DNA of 64,000 nucleotides from positions 1 to 64,000 of IMG/VR virus record IMGVR_UViG_3300032327_000460. The stretch is one strand, 5' to 3'. Below, in pieces: positions 1-7,452 of the stretch; position 1 is the first letter of the stretch, and each line of letters begins with the position of its first letter. Below the pieces are notes generated by a model. The model ran no database searches. It saw only the letters and a program-made list of their open reading frames with translations, and had not been told where the DNA came from. The stretch comes from a virus. Lineage: Duplodnaviria > Caudoviricetes. Both the position numbers and the translations under genes were made by a program.

Positions 1-108
1 ATCAATATCAAATATTAGAATATAAAAAGTATGGTCATCACTCATTGATAGGTGAATTACTAATCCGGTTTTTGTGATGGCGTCATATGTATACATAAAT
101 ATATTTAT

Positions 109-129
109 GCGGGGCTCGTATAGTGGTAA
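109..129 (+). pseudogene. 5' fragment (acceptor strand + D arm start) of a tRNA-Gly-like gene
   Basis: GCGGGGCTCGTATAGTGGTAA resembles the 5' end of bacterial tRNA-Gly(UCC); no anticodon or T arm follows. Confidence 0.5.
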
Positions 130-171
130 GCGTATAGTAATGATAAAACCATAGGTTTCACGCATATGGCA

Positions 172-177
172 TAAATA
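172..177 (+). promoter_or_regulatory. T4-like late promoter core TAAATA, 5 nt before the ATG at 183
   Basis: cATAAATAactgtATG; the same core recurs before many genes. Confidence 0.55.
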
Positions 178-182
178 ACTGT

Positions 183-794
183 ATGAAATATTTTTATCTA
201 TACCAGATCACTAATCTAGTCAATGGCAAGATTTATATAGGTGTTCATCAAACTTCTTCTATGGAAGATGGGTATATGGGCTCCGGTAAGGTTATATTAA
301 GAGCATATGAAAAATATGGAATTGATAATTTTACTAAGGTGGTTTTAGAAACATTTGATAATTCAGAATCTATGTTTGCTAGAGAAAAAGAAGTAGTGAC
401 TGATGAGTTTCTTTTAAGAGAAGACACTTACAATCTTAGGCGCGGTGGGTTTGGTGGTTTTGACTATATAAATAAATCAGGTATGCCTAAGATGTTAGGT
501 AAGAAACATAGTCAAGAAACTAAGGATAGATTATCAGAGGTATTGATTGAAAGACGTACTAATGGTACTGCACCTAAAATGACCGAAGAAGTTCGTAAGA
601 ATATTTCAGAGGCTAAATTAGGCACAACGTATAAATCAAGACCATCTAAGTCAGTGGAGCATAAGGAAAAACTTAGGGCCGCTAACCTAGGTAAACAACA
701 TAATTTAATTACTTGCCCACAGTGTGGAAAACAGGGCGGAGAAAGGGCAATTAAAAGATGGCACAGAATATGTGCGGGTGTAACTCAGTGGTAG
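183..794 (+). CDS. Free-standing GIY-YIG homing endonuclease (Seg-like) with NUMOD3 and C-terminal Zn-finger-like motif
   Basis: YLYQITNLVNGKIYIGVH (GIY-YIG), MLGKKHSQETKDRLS (NUMOD3), CPQCGK..RWH..C; stop codon lies inside tRNA-Gly. Confidence 0.9.
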   Translation: MKYFYLYQITNLVNGKIYIGVHQTSSMEDGYMGSGKVILRAYEKYGIDNFTKVVLETFDNSESMFAREKEVVTDEFLLREDTYNLRRGGFGGFDYINKSGMPKMLGKKHSQETKDRLSEVLIERRTNGTAPKMTEEVRKNISEAKLGTTYKSRPSKSVEHKEKLRAANLGKQHNLITCPQCGKQGGERAIKRWHRICAGVTQW

Positions 795-848
795 AGTGTC
801 AGCCTTCCAAGCTGTTCGTCGCAGGTTCGATCCCTGTTACCCGCTCCA
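774..848 (+). tRNA. tRNA-Gly(TCC)
   Basis: GCGGGTG/TACCCGC acceptor stem, loop CTTCCAA, GGTTCGATCC T arm, encoded CCA. Confidence 0.95.
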
Positions 849-927
849 GATAACACGGCTTAGACCTCTGTGATAACTAACCGGTAAATGGTTATCATAC
901 GTCTGAGTTCTTCTTATCCAAAAACAG

Positions 928-956
928 TTGACGAATAAATAATTATCTGTTATAAT
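928..956 (+). promoter_or_regulatory. sigma70-type promoter
   Basis: TTGACG-17 nt-TATAAT. Confidence 0.8.
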
Positions 957-1037
957 ATAACACATTACACGAACACATTTGGAATACTCGCTAGGCACAT
1001 AACTTAGAAAGAGGTTCGTAGTGTGTTATATTATAAT

Positions 1038-1114
1038 GCCCTGGTGACGGAATTGGTATACGTGTTGGTCTTAGAAGCCAAATTTTGGGAGTTCGAGTCT
1101 CCCCTGGGGCACCA
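1038..1114 (+). tRNA. tRNA-Leu(TAG), short variable loop
   Basis: loop CTTAGAA, T arm GGGAG-TTCGAGT-CTCCC, ACCA end. Confidence 0.9.
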
Positions 1115-1189
1115 TATAAAAACATATTTGACTAAATTCGGGTTCATCCGTGATAGCATTTTGCTACTATATCAAGTGTGTTTCTATAT

Positions 1190-1263
1190 GGGGGATTGAT
1201 GTAATGGTAGCCTGGGACCTTTGCAAGGTCTTCGTAACAGTTCGATTCTGTTATTCTCCACCA
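1190..1263 (+). tRNA. tRNA-Ala(TGC)
   Basis: loop TTTGCAA, G3:U70 pair and A73 (Ala identity elements), CCA end. Confidence 0.9.
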
Positions 1264-1267
1264 AGAA

Positions 1268-1474
1268 ACCCGGTTTACTGTTTTACGTCATATAAACAGC
1301 GTCCCTGTAACGATAGACCAGGGGGTACACTAGGACCTGACCTTACAGTCCCTGTTGGGGGATACTGAAAATTGCCTGGGGTGAGGAACGCTAACCTTTA
1401 CCAAAAGAAGAAATACGTGGACAGTGTAACAACTCAGAGATTGGGCTTATGTGGTGTAAGTAGCAGTCTCACTT
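1268..1474 (+). ncRNA. Candidate multi-helix structured ncRNA of unknown family
   Basis: GC-richer non-coding stretch between tRNAs with at least 6 complementary helices. Confidence 0.55.
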
Positions 1475-1544
1475 TATAAGTGTATTTCACACCCAGCTAA
1501 TAAGACTGGCTCTGTAAGTGAAAAAGGAATACATTTATAAATTA

Positions 1545-1618
1545 CGCGGGTAGGGTTGGTCACCACACCGGTCTCATAAGCCAGGTGCATCGGCAGTTCG
1601 AATCTGTCACCCGCATCA
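1545..1618 (+). tRNA. tRNA-Met(CAT), initiator-like, atypical D arm
   Basis: CGCGGGT/ACCCGCA (C1:A72 mismatch), loop CTCATAA, normal T arm; CCA not cleanly encoded. Confidence 0.75.
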
Positions 1619-1624
1619 AATATT

Positions 1625-1701
1625 CGGAGTGTAGAACAGCCCGGTAGTTCGCATCGTTTGGGACGATGAGGTCCAAGGTTCGAATCCTTGTACTCCGACC
1701 A
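1625..1701 (+). tRNA. tRNA-Pro(TGG)
   Basis: CATCG-TTTGGGA-CGATG anticodon arm, ACCA end. Confidence 0.95.
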
Positions 1702-1725
1702 TAGTTTTTAAAAGAGGAAAATAGT

Positions 1726-1893
1726 ATGACATGTAGAGGTTATGACGCTAAGGCAGTCAAGATTAGTAAAACAGTTAAACGTGCCGCGGCACAGATTATT
1801 AACTCACACGAGCGCGGAGCACTTATTCGTAGTTTTGTAGAAATTGAAAAAAGTAATCTACGACCAGGTTCACGAAAGACTTCTGAAAAATGA
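1726..1893 (+). CDS. Small basic hypothetical protein (55 aa, MTCRGYDAKAVK...)
   Basis: ORF read by hand, SD GAGG upstream; below ORF-track cutoff. Confidence 0.7.
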   Translation: MTCRGYDAKAVKISKTVKRAAAQIINSHERGALIRSFVEIEKSNLRPGSRKTSEK

Positions 1894-2069
1894 GCAAGGG
1901 TTCTAGTCCAAGACCATATAGTGTCAGTCAACAAGAATTTGCAAATAACTTTGACAAAATCTTTCGTAAGCCTGATATAAAAATGATTGAAGACCAGCAG
2001 AACGAAGATGAAGCCTTTGAAAAAATTGCTACTCAATCAGAAGTTAAAGATAGTGATCAAGGTGGCTAA
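1890..2069 (+). CDS. Small hypothetical protein (59 aa, MSKGSSPRPYSV...)
   Basis: ATGA overlap with previous ORF. Confidence 0.65.
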   Translation: MSKGSSPRPYSVSQQEFANNFDKIFRKPDIKMIEDQQNEDEAFEKIATQSEVKDSDQGG

Positions 2070-2078
2070 ATAGAATTA

Positions 2079-2154
2079 GGGTTCTTAGCTCAGTTGGTAG
2101 AGCGTCTGCCTTACACGCAGAATGTCGTCAGTTCGAACCTGGCAGAACCCACCA
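2079..2154 (+). tRNA. tRNA-Val(TAC)
   Basis: canonical cloverleaf, loop CTTACAC, ACCA end. Confidence 0.95.
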
Positions 2155-2169
2155 AATAAAGGAGTAACT

Positions 2170-2310
2170 ATGAGCAAGAGTGAAGATGTGATTAATCGTG
2201 CATATGGACACATTGTAAAAGAAGTTACTCCTATTATAAATTTTGATTTTATTGTATTTCGTGGTTTCAAGTACTACTGGTACAAGTTAATTAGAAAAGT
2301 TACAAGATGA
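2170..2310 (+). CDS. Small hypothetical protein (46 aa)
   Basis: SD AAGGAG 6 nt before ATG 2170. Confidence 0.6.
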   Translation: MSKSEDVINRAYGHIVKEVTPIINFDFIVFRGFKYYWYKLIRKVTR

Positions 2311-2315
2311 ATAAT

Positions 2316-2389
2316 GCGGGATTGATGTAATGGTTGCCTGGAACCTTGCCAAGGTTTTCGTAGGAGTTCGATTCTCCTATCCCGCTCCA
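2316..2389 (+). tRNA. tRNA-Gly(GCC)
   Basis: GCGGGAT/ATCCCGC, loop TTGCCAA, U73, CCA. Confidence 0.92.
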
Positions 2390-2413
2390 TAATTTACAAC
2401 ACTGAAAGAAAAT

Positions 2414-2635
2414 ATGACTGAAAGCAGAGTAAGATATACAAGTGAAGATGCGGCCATTATGGCTGGCAATCGATTTGATTTAGTTCTTATTGCCTCACAA
2501 AGGGTAAGAGAGTTAAAACGTGGATTTAAGCCAAAATTAATCACTAAAGCAGGACACACTGTTACTGCACTAGAAGAAGTTGAAGCTGGATTAGTAGGTA
2601 GAGAATACTTAAAAAGAATTGGTAGAAGTAGATAA
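2414..2635 (+). CDS. rpoZ: RNA polymerase omega subunit homolog
   Basis: GNRFDLVLIASQRVREL..TVTALEEVEAGLV matches the RpoZ signature. Confidence 0.88.
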   Translation: MTESRVRYTSEDAAIMAGNRFDLVLIASQRVRELKRGFKPKLITKAGHTVTALEEVEAGLVGREYLKRIGRSR

Positions 2636-2673
2636 TCACACACTGATGATTGGCGAACATTTAGGAGTATAGA

Positions 2674-2982
2674 ATGAACAAGTTAATTCTAGAAGGTAAA
2701 GTAGCAGTGTTATACAGCCCCGGTTTTGGTGCAGGATGGTATACATGGAACTATGAACATCCTGAAATTCTTTTTGACCCAGCAATCGTAAAGTTGGTTG
2801 AAGAGAAAAAGTTTGATGAACTAAAAACCTTTGTAGAATTGAAGTATCCGGACATCTATACAGGTGGTATGGAAGACTTAGAAGTAGAATGGGTATCAGA
2901 GGGTACACTGTTTAAAGTAAATGAGTATGATGGATCTGAATCAATTGAATATAAAGAAGACAATAGTTGGATAATTGCATAA
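2674..2982 (+). CDS. Conserved phage hypothetical protein
   Basis: SD AGGAG; VAVLYSPGFGAGW motif. Confidence 0.75.
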   Translation: MNKLILEGKVAVLYSPGFGAGWYTWNYEHPEILFDPAIVKLVEEKKFDELKTFVELKYPDIYTGGMEDLEVEWVSEGTLFKVNEYDGSESIEYKEDNSWIIA

Positions 2983-3033
2983 TCACTGATTTATTGTTGG
3001 GAAAAATTTATTTCAACAACAAACCTGCAATGT

Positions 3034-3063
3034 AAAAATAGACCCTTCGGGGTCTATTTTTTT
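3034..3063. terminator. Intrinsic (bidirectional) terminator
   Basis: AAAAATAGACCC-TTCG-GGGTCTATTTTTTT. Confidence 0.9.
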
Positions 3064-3130
3064 GGCTATAATTTATTAGTTGCAATGTTATAAGGATAAT
3101 AAATAGTTTGCGACACATAAAGGTAATAAC

Positions 3131-3691
3131 ATGACGGCTAGTTGGGAACAAAATAAACAAAAAAGCAAGTATCATTTTGATAATTTTAAAAATGATCCTC
3201 AAGTTGACAAAGTAATTAGTTTGGGCAAGATAGTTGCTAATTACGCAGACGATGTTAAACATATAATATCTAAAGCAAATTCTGTACCTTCCCGATTAAA
3301 AATGATTAGTGAGTTGTTTTCATTAAACAACTGCATAGAAAAAATACATGTACAAATGCCCGGAGAGGTAGATACATTGCAATTATCTAACTTAGAGAAA
3401 TTAGCACCCGATAGTCCCTGGACTATTATGCATGTTCAAATAGAATTGACAGATTATGAACAAGGACATTTTTCTAGTTATGGAAATCACCTACATACAC
3501 AATGGCATGCTGGAGATGTAATAACATTTGATTGGCAAAACTTACCATATTCCACTGCCAATGCCGGACATAACCCTAGAGTTACATTACAGTTAACCGG
3601 AGTAGTCACTGAAAAAACAAATGACTTTTTATCTAGACTAAAAAGATTTGGTAGCCATCAATTAGAGTTAAAAAATGAATCTTGGTTCTAA
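3131..3691 (+). CDS. Cupin/2OG-Fe(II) oxygenase-like protein, metal ligands apparently degenerate
   Basis: QMPGE..HVQIELTD..W..GDVITFDW..STANAG..PRVTLQLTG double-stranded beta-helix pattern. Confidence 0.55.
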   Translation: MTASWEQNKQKSKYHFDNFKNDPQVDKVISLGKIVANYADDVKHIISKANSVPSRLKMISELFSLNNCIEKIHVQMPGEVDTLQLSNLEKLAPDSPWTIMHVQIELTDYEQGHFSSYGNHLHTQWHAGDVITFDWQNLPYSTANAGHNPRVTLQLTGVVTEKTNDFLSRLKRFGSHQLELKNESWF

Positions 3692-4127
3692 ACGAATATT
3701 AATAATGGGATTGCCAGGCGCGGGCAAAACATATCTAGCACAGCATATAGTAGACTATTTACAAGCAGAAAAAAAGCGTGTAGGATGGGTTAATGCAGAT
3801 GATGTTCGTAAAAAGTATGATGACTGGGATTTTAGCACAGAGGGACGCATAAGGCAAAGTTTGCGTATGCGTGAACTAGCAGATAGTATGACAGATGTAG
3901 ATTATGTTATCTGTGATTTTGTTGCACCATTAGTTGAGATGCGTACCAACTTCAACGCAGATTTTACAATATGGGTAGACACAATCCGTGAAAGTAGATT
4001 TGAAGATACAAATAAAATATTTGTACCGCCGGAGAAATATGATTTTAGAATTGTTGAACAGAATGCAAATAAATGGGGAGAATATATTGCACTAAATATA
4101 GTTAACACCCTTAGGACCGTAACTTAG
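3675..4127 (+). CDS. Adenylylsulfate-kinase-like P-loop kinase
   Basis: GLPGAGKT, NADDVR..WDFSTEGRIRQ, DFVAP. Confidence 0.8.
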   Translation: MNLGSKRILIMGLPGAGKTYLAQHIVDYLQAEKKRVGWVNADDVRKKYDDWDFSTEGRIRQSLRMRELADSMTDVDYVICDFVAPLVEMRTNFNADFTIWVDTIRESRFEDTNKIFVPPEKYDFRIVEQNANKWGEYIALNIVNTLRTVT

Positions 4128-4223
4128 TTACGAGGGTAGCCGGCTGCTGGCTTGACGTACTAATTCGCTACTAGGAAATCTAAAGTGAGCTTTTTTAAAT
4201 TACTTAATACCAATTAAAATGTT

Positions 4224-4248
4224 AAATAGGACCTAAGGTCCTATTTTT
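4224..4248. terminator. Bidirectional terminator between convergent genes
   Basis: AAATAGGACC-TAA-GGTCCTATTTTT. Confidence 0.85.
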
Positions 4249-4834
4249 ATTTACAGCCTATAATCATAAAACGTTTGTATCCATCTTTTTCATACTGTAT
4301 ATTTTTTGTTCCGGAATAGATTAATTTTGAAAAATTAAATTTATTAATTAATTCATCCAATGTTGATGTAGTTTGTTTTATGTACCAGGGGAATTCAGGG
4401 TCAGTCATATTAGTAGTTTGAATACAGACTAAACTATTATCAGGAACAGTATTATACCATTTGTTATTGTCCATTTGGTCTATACTACAGTTGATGAATA
4501 TAGAATTATCATTCTTACTAAAATCATAATTGTTTACATCCTGCATATGATTATATACTCTAGGTGATTCATGTTTCCACATGTCACATACCTTATCAGC
4601 ATTACTTATTGCTTCTGGATTTATATCATATCCATGAACAACATTATAGAAGTTAGGTTTGCGTGTTAGTAACATAAAAGACATTAGATTGTCCCAGCAT
4701 CCTAAAACATGTAATGCTGGTTTTCTAATTGATTCTCTATACAGAGCAACTTCCAATTCTTCACAAAGCCATAATTTACTTTTAATTAAGCCGTGATAAA
4801 AAGATTCATGTGTATCAAAACTTATCATTTTCAT
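4247..4834 (-). CDS. Class I SAM-dependent methyltransferase-like protein
   Basis: VLGCW..GYDINPEA..INCS motif order. Confidence 0.6.
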   Translation of the reverse strand: MKMISFDTHESFYHGLIKSKLWLCEELEVALYRESIRKPALHVLGCWDNLMSFMLLTRKPNFYNVVHGYDINPEAISNADKVCDMWKHESPRVYNHMQDVNNYDFSKNDNSIFINCSIDQMDNNKWYNTVPDNSLVCIQTTNMTDPEFPWYIKQTTSTLDELINKFNFSKLIYSGTKNIQYEKDGYKRFMIIGCK

Positions 4835-5717
4835 TTGCTTGTGTCTTTAATAATGTTTTTATAGTATTATTCCATTTAATGGTAGGTACAGTTGGTTTTA
4901 ACTGTTTAATTAATTCTACCTTATATTTTAATAAATTAAACTGTCGTGTTTTATGATTTTCCCAACCATGACTTTTTAATCTGGTTTCTAATTTGAGATA
5001 CATAGTTTGATACATGCGTGATTTAAAATTAGATATAGACTCACCGGGTATATGATTATCTAAATGGATTTGCATTAATTTAATGGTAGATTCTAAACTA
5101 TTCCCAATCATATTACCAATTCCAAATATTCCTCTATCCCCCATAAATCTTTCATAACTAGAATATTCTAATCTTGCCGGCGAGATAACTTTGTTTCCAA
5201 CATGAGTATGGACCCAAGGCCAATCCCCACCTATAATAGGAAAATGACTACATTGTTCAATTAACCATAAATGCGTGGCCACATGGGGTTCTATGATATA
5301 ATACGGTTTCAAGTATGATAAATGTTCTCCATTTTGAAAAAATATATCAGCATTCAATTCAACTATTTTATGAGTTATATTATTTTCCCTACAAAATTTT
5401 TCAGCATAATATAAATCATGTGTATTGATAATCATATCATTAATTTTGATTAATAGTGTCATTGCTATTACCGGTATTTTATTAATTATACAAGATAACA
5501 ATGTTAATTCACTATCCAATCCACCGCTATATAACACCTCTACGTATTTGGATTGTCTAATTGATAAATGGTCATTAAATATATCCGTAATATCACGACC
5601 ATTTTCAAATGGAACATCTAATAATTCTGTGGTAAATTTATGAGAATGGTCGCCTAATTCTAAGGTACATTTTTTATAATCATTTAATCCAACATTCCAT
5701 TCAATGATATTTGACAT
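4815..5717 (-). CDS. PP-loop (adenine nucleotide alpha hydrolase)-like protein
   Basis: VLYSGGLDSE. Confidence 0.55.
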   Translation of the reverse strand: MSNIIEWNVGLNDYKKCTLELGDHSHKFTTELLDVPFENGRDITDIFNDHLSIRQSKYVEVLYSGGLDSELTLLSCIINKIPVIAMTLLIKINDMIINTHDLYYAEKFCRENNITHKIVELNADIFFQNGEHLSYLKPYYIIEPHVATHLWLIEQCSHFPIIGGDWPWVHTHVGNKVISPARLEYSSYERFMGDRGIFGIGNMIGNSLESTIKLMQIHLDNHIPGESISNFKSRMYQTMYLKLETRLKSHGWENHKTRQFNLLKYKVELIKQLKPTVPTIKWNNTIKTLLKTQANENDKF

Positions 5718-5806
5718 GTGATTATTTAGTGAATTTTAAAATCTGCTGAATAATATGGTATTGTAAAATTTGTGCTAAATACGAATAACACTATACTGAG
5801 GCTAAA

Positions 5807-6256
5807 ATGCTACACTTCATAACAGATTTAACACACAAACTATTATCATTTATTAAAGACGATCCCGTTCGTCCTGAAATACCTACTGACTTTAGAGTAA
5901 GTAATGGTAGAATGGTAGCTGCATTATCTGATAATGATACTGATCCAGATGCAATGGTATGTGTTAGTTTCCATGATTTTGTTCCAACTGGTGTAGACGA
6001 TTTATCTAATGTATCTGAGGTTCCAACTACTGCTGTATTTTATACTATATGGAGTTATAAAGCCGGTAAAGGTCGTGATTTATTAATTCAAGCAGTAAAG
6101 GGTATTCAAGAACAATATCCAAGCGTTACTCGATTTGTAACATTAAGTCCTAAAACAGACGTGGCTAGAAGATTTCATTTAAAAAATGGTGCCATTATAT
6201 TCCGTGAGAATATAGAAACTGTCAATTATGAATATACTAAAACAGCAGGTGAATAA
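5807..6256 (+). CDS. Hypothetical protein, possible GNAT-like fold
   Basis: FYTIWSYKAGKGR..LSPKT..ARRFHLKNGA. Confidence 0.55.
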   Translation: MLHFITDLTHKLLSFIKDDPVRPEIPTDFRVSNGRMVAALSDNDTDPDAMVCVSFHDFVPTGVDDLSNVSEVPTTAVFYTIWSYKAGKGRDLLIQAVKGIQEQYPSVTRFVTLSPKTDVARRFHLKNGAIIFRENIETVNYEYTKTAGE

Positions 6257-6260
6257 TATT

Positions 6261-6539
6261 ATGTCAAAAAAACCTAAAATGGTTGACAACATAGAAGAAA
6301 TAGAACAAATAGAAAATAGTGCATTATTAGCATCTGATTTTGTTTATGATACATTATTGCCATTATTAGATGAATTTGAAAATAATAATGACGATCCTGA
6401 TTATATCTCCGGTATTGCTACCCATGGATTATTTGTAGCATTAATACAAGAGTTGGCAGATTTAGGATATACAGAAAAAGACCTACGAAAAGAAATTAAA
6501 ATTTATATGAATACCTCTTTGGGGGAAGTAGTACACTAA
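6261..6539 (+). CDS. Acidic hypothetical protein
   Basis: ORF; start revised to ATG 6261 after the previous stop. Confidence 0.65.
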   Translation: MSKKPKMVDNIEEIEQIENSALLASDFVYDTLLPLLDEFENNNDDPDYISGIATHGLFVALIQELADLGYTEKDLRKEIKIYMNTSLGEVVH

Positions 6540-6651
6540 AGTACTATATTTTTTACAAACAAAAGTATTCATTTTTGCCCCTCAGGGGCTTCAAAATCGC
6601 TAGAGGATTCAGGGATAGACTCTGATACACTTCTAGCGATTTTGCCAATGT

Positions 6652-6680
6652 TTGACAATAAATCCGTTTGGCTATATAAT
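6652..6680 (+). promoter_or_regulatory. Early sigma70 promoter preceded by a stem-loop
   Basis: TTGACA-17-TATAAT; 13-bp inverted repeat at 6593-6643. Confidence 0.88.
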
Positions 6681-6686
6681 ACACTT

Positions 6687-7025
6687 ATGAACTCGAAAAT
6701 CGTCCGCAAACGTAGAACAGACCGCAATCAAGTGATATATTTTATCCAAGATACTGTAACACTTGAGTATTACATTGGTTTGACTGCGTTGTCATACAAA
6801 GGTAATGTGTTTTTGACACTGCGCCGTCGTATGCAAAAACATATGCAAAGGGCTATGACCGAGAACAAAAATTGGGGTCTGTCACGTGCATTGCGTGAGC
6901 GAGGTGCTGATCGTTTTGTATTCGGTGTTGTTGAAATTGTGCGTGGTAAGCGTCCCGCACATGAGCGTGAGACACTATTGATTAACACATTGCAACCAGC
7001 ATTGAACACATTCGGAGTAAAATAA
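6687..7025 (+). CDS. Small GIY-YIG nuclease
   Basis: VIYFI..YYIGLT..R..KH..E..LI..PALN; start revised to ATG 6 nt after the -10 box. Confidence 0.75.
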   Translation: MNSKIVRKRRTDRNQVIYFIQDTVTLEYYIGLTALSYKGNVFLTLRRRMQKHMQRAMTENKNWGLSRALRERGADRFVFGVVEIVRGKRPAHERETLLINTLQPALNTFGVK

Positions 7026-7234
7026 TGACACAATTTGTTCACATCGTTTATGTCCACCCCGTAGAGAACGGTCTGCCTAATCTACACAAGGTCAAGGCCG
7101 AGCGTGAGTTTGAGACCAAAGAAGCGGCCGATGCATGGATCCTGGATCACAACAGCCTGCATGATCCATACGAATGGAACTATGAGGCAGTCTACTACGG
7201 CTGTGTCAATGATGCTACAGGAGAATTGATATGA
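7025..7234 (+). CDS. Hypothetical protein
   Basis: ORF coupled to neighbours. Confidence 0.7.
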   Translation: MTQFVHIVYVHPVENGLPNLHKVKAEREFETKEAADAWILDHNSLHDPYEWNYEAVYYGCVNDATGELI

Positions 7235-7452
7235 ACGAACGAATTAAAGAACTTGCTCTGTTGTCTGGTTTTGATATTGATACCAATGTCAGTTTTGCTG
7301 AAAAGACTAGACTAAACTGTTTCGCCGAGTTGATTGTGAAAGAATGTGTTAAAGTAACCTTAGAATCCATTTATCATAACGGCATAGGTGATGTCAACGA
7401 CTGCATTATTGTTGGTAATGATGTGGCAGAACATTTCGGAGTTGAAGAATGA
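7231..7452 (+). CDS. MNERI-family small phage protein (paralog 1)
   Basis: MNERI..FAELIV.EC..EHFGVEE. Confidence 0.75.
   Translation: MNERIKELALLSGFDIDTNVSFAEKTRLNCFAELIVKECVKVTLESIYHNGIGDVNDCIIVGNDVAEHFGVEE

Noticed and set aside
109-848. Group I intron interrupting tRNA-Gly
   Set aside because: Only about 50 nt of non-coding flank and no P3-P7 core; the downstream tRNA is complete on its own
849-909. HDV-like (theta) ribozyme at the tRNA 3' end
   Set aside because: A P1-like pairing exists, but there is no P1.1/P3 or catalytic-C J4/2 segment in the required order
1190-1263. Reading as tRNA-Cys(GCA)
   Set aside because: The 7-nt loop TTTGCAA centres on TGC, and G3:U70/A73 indicate Ala
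1264-1280. RNase P RNA (AACCCGGTTTA resembles the P4 3' strand)
   Set aside because: No GAGGAAAGUCC partner strand upstream or downstream
2643-2658. Hammerhead ribozyme core CTGATGA..GAA
   Set aside because: No stem II, and GAAC instead of GAAA
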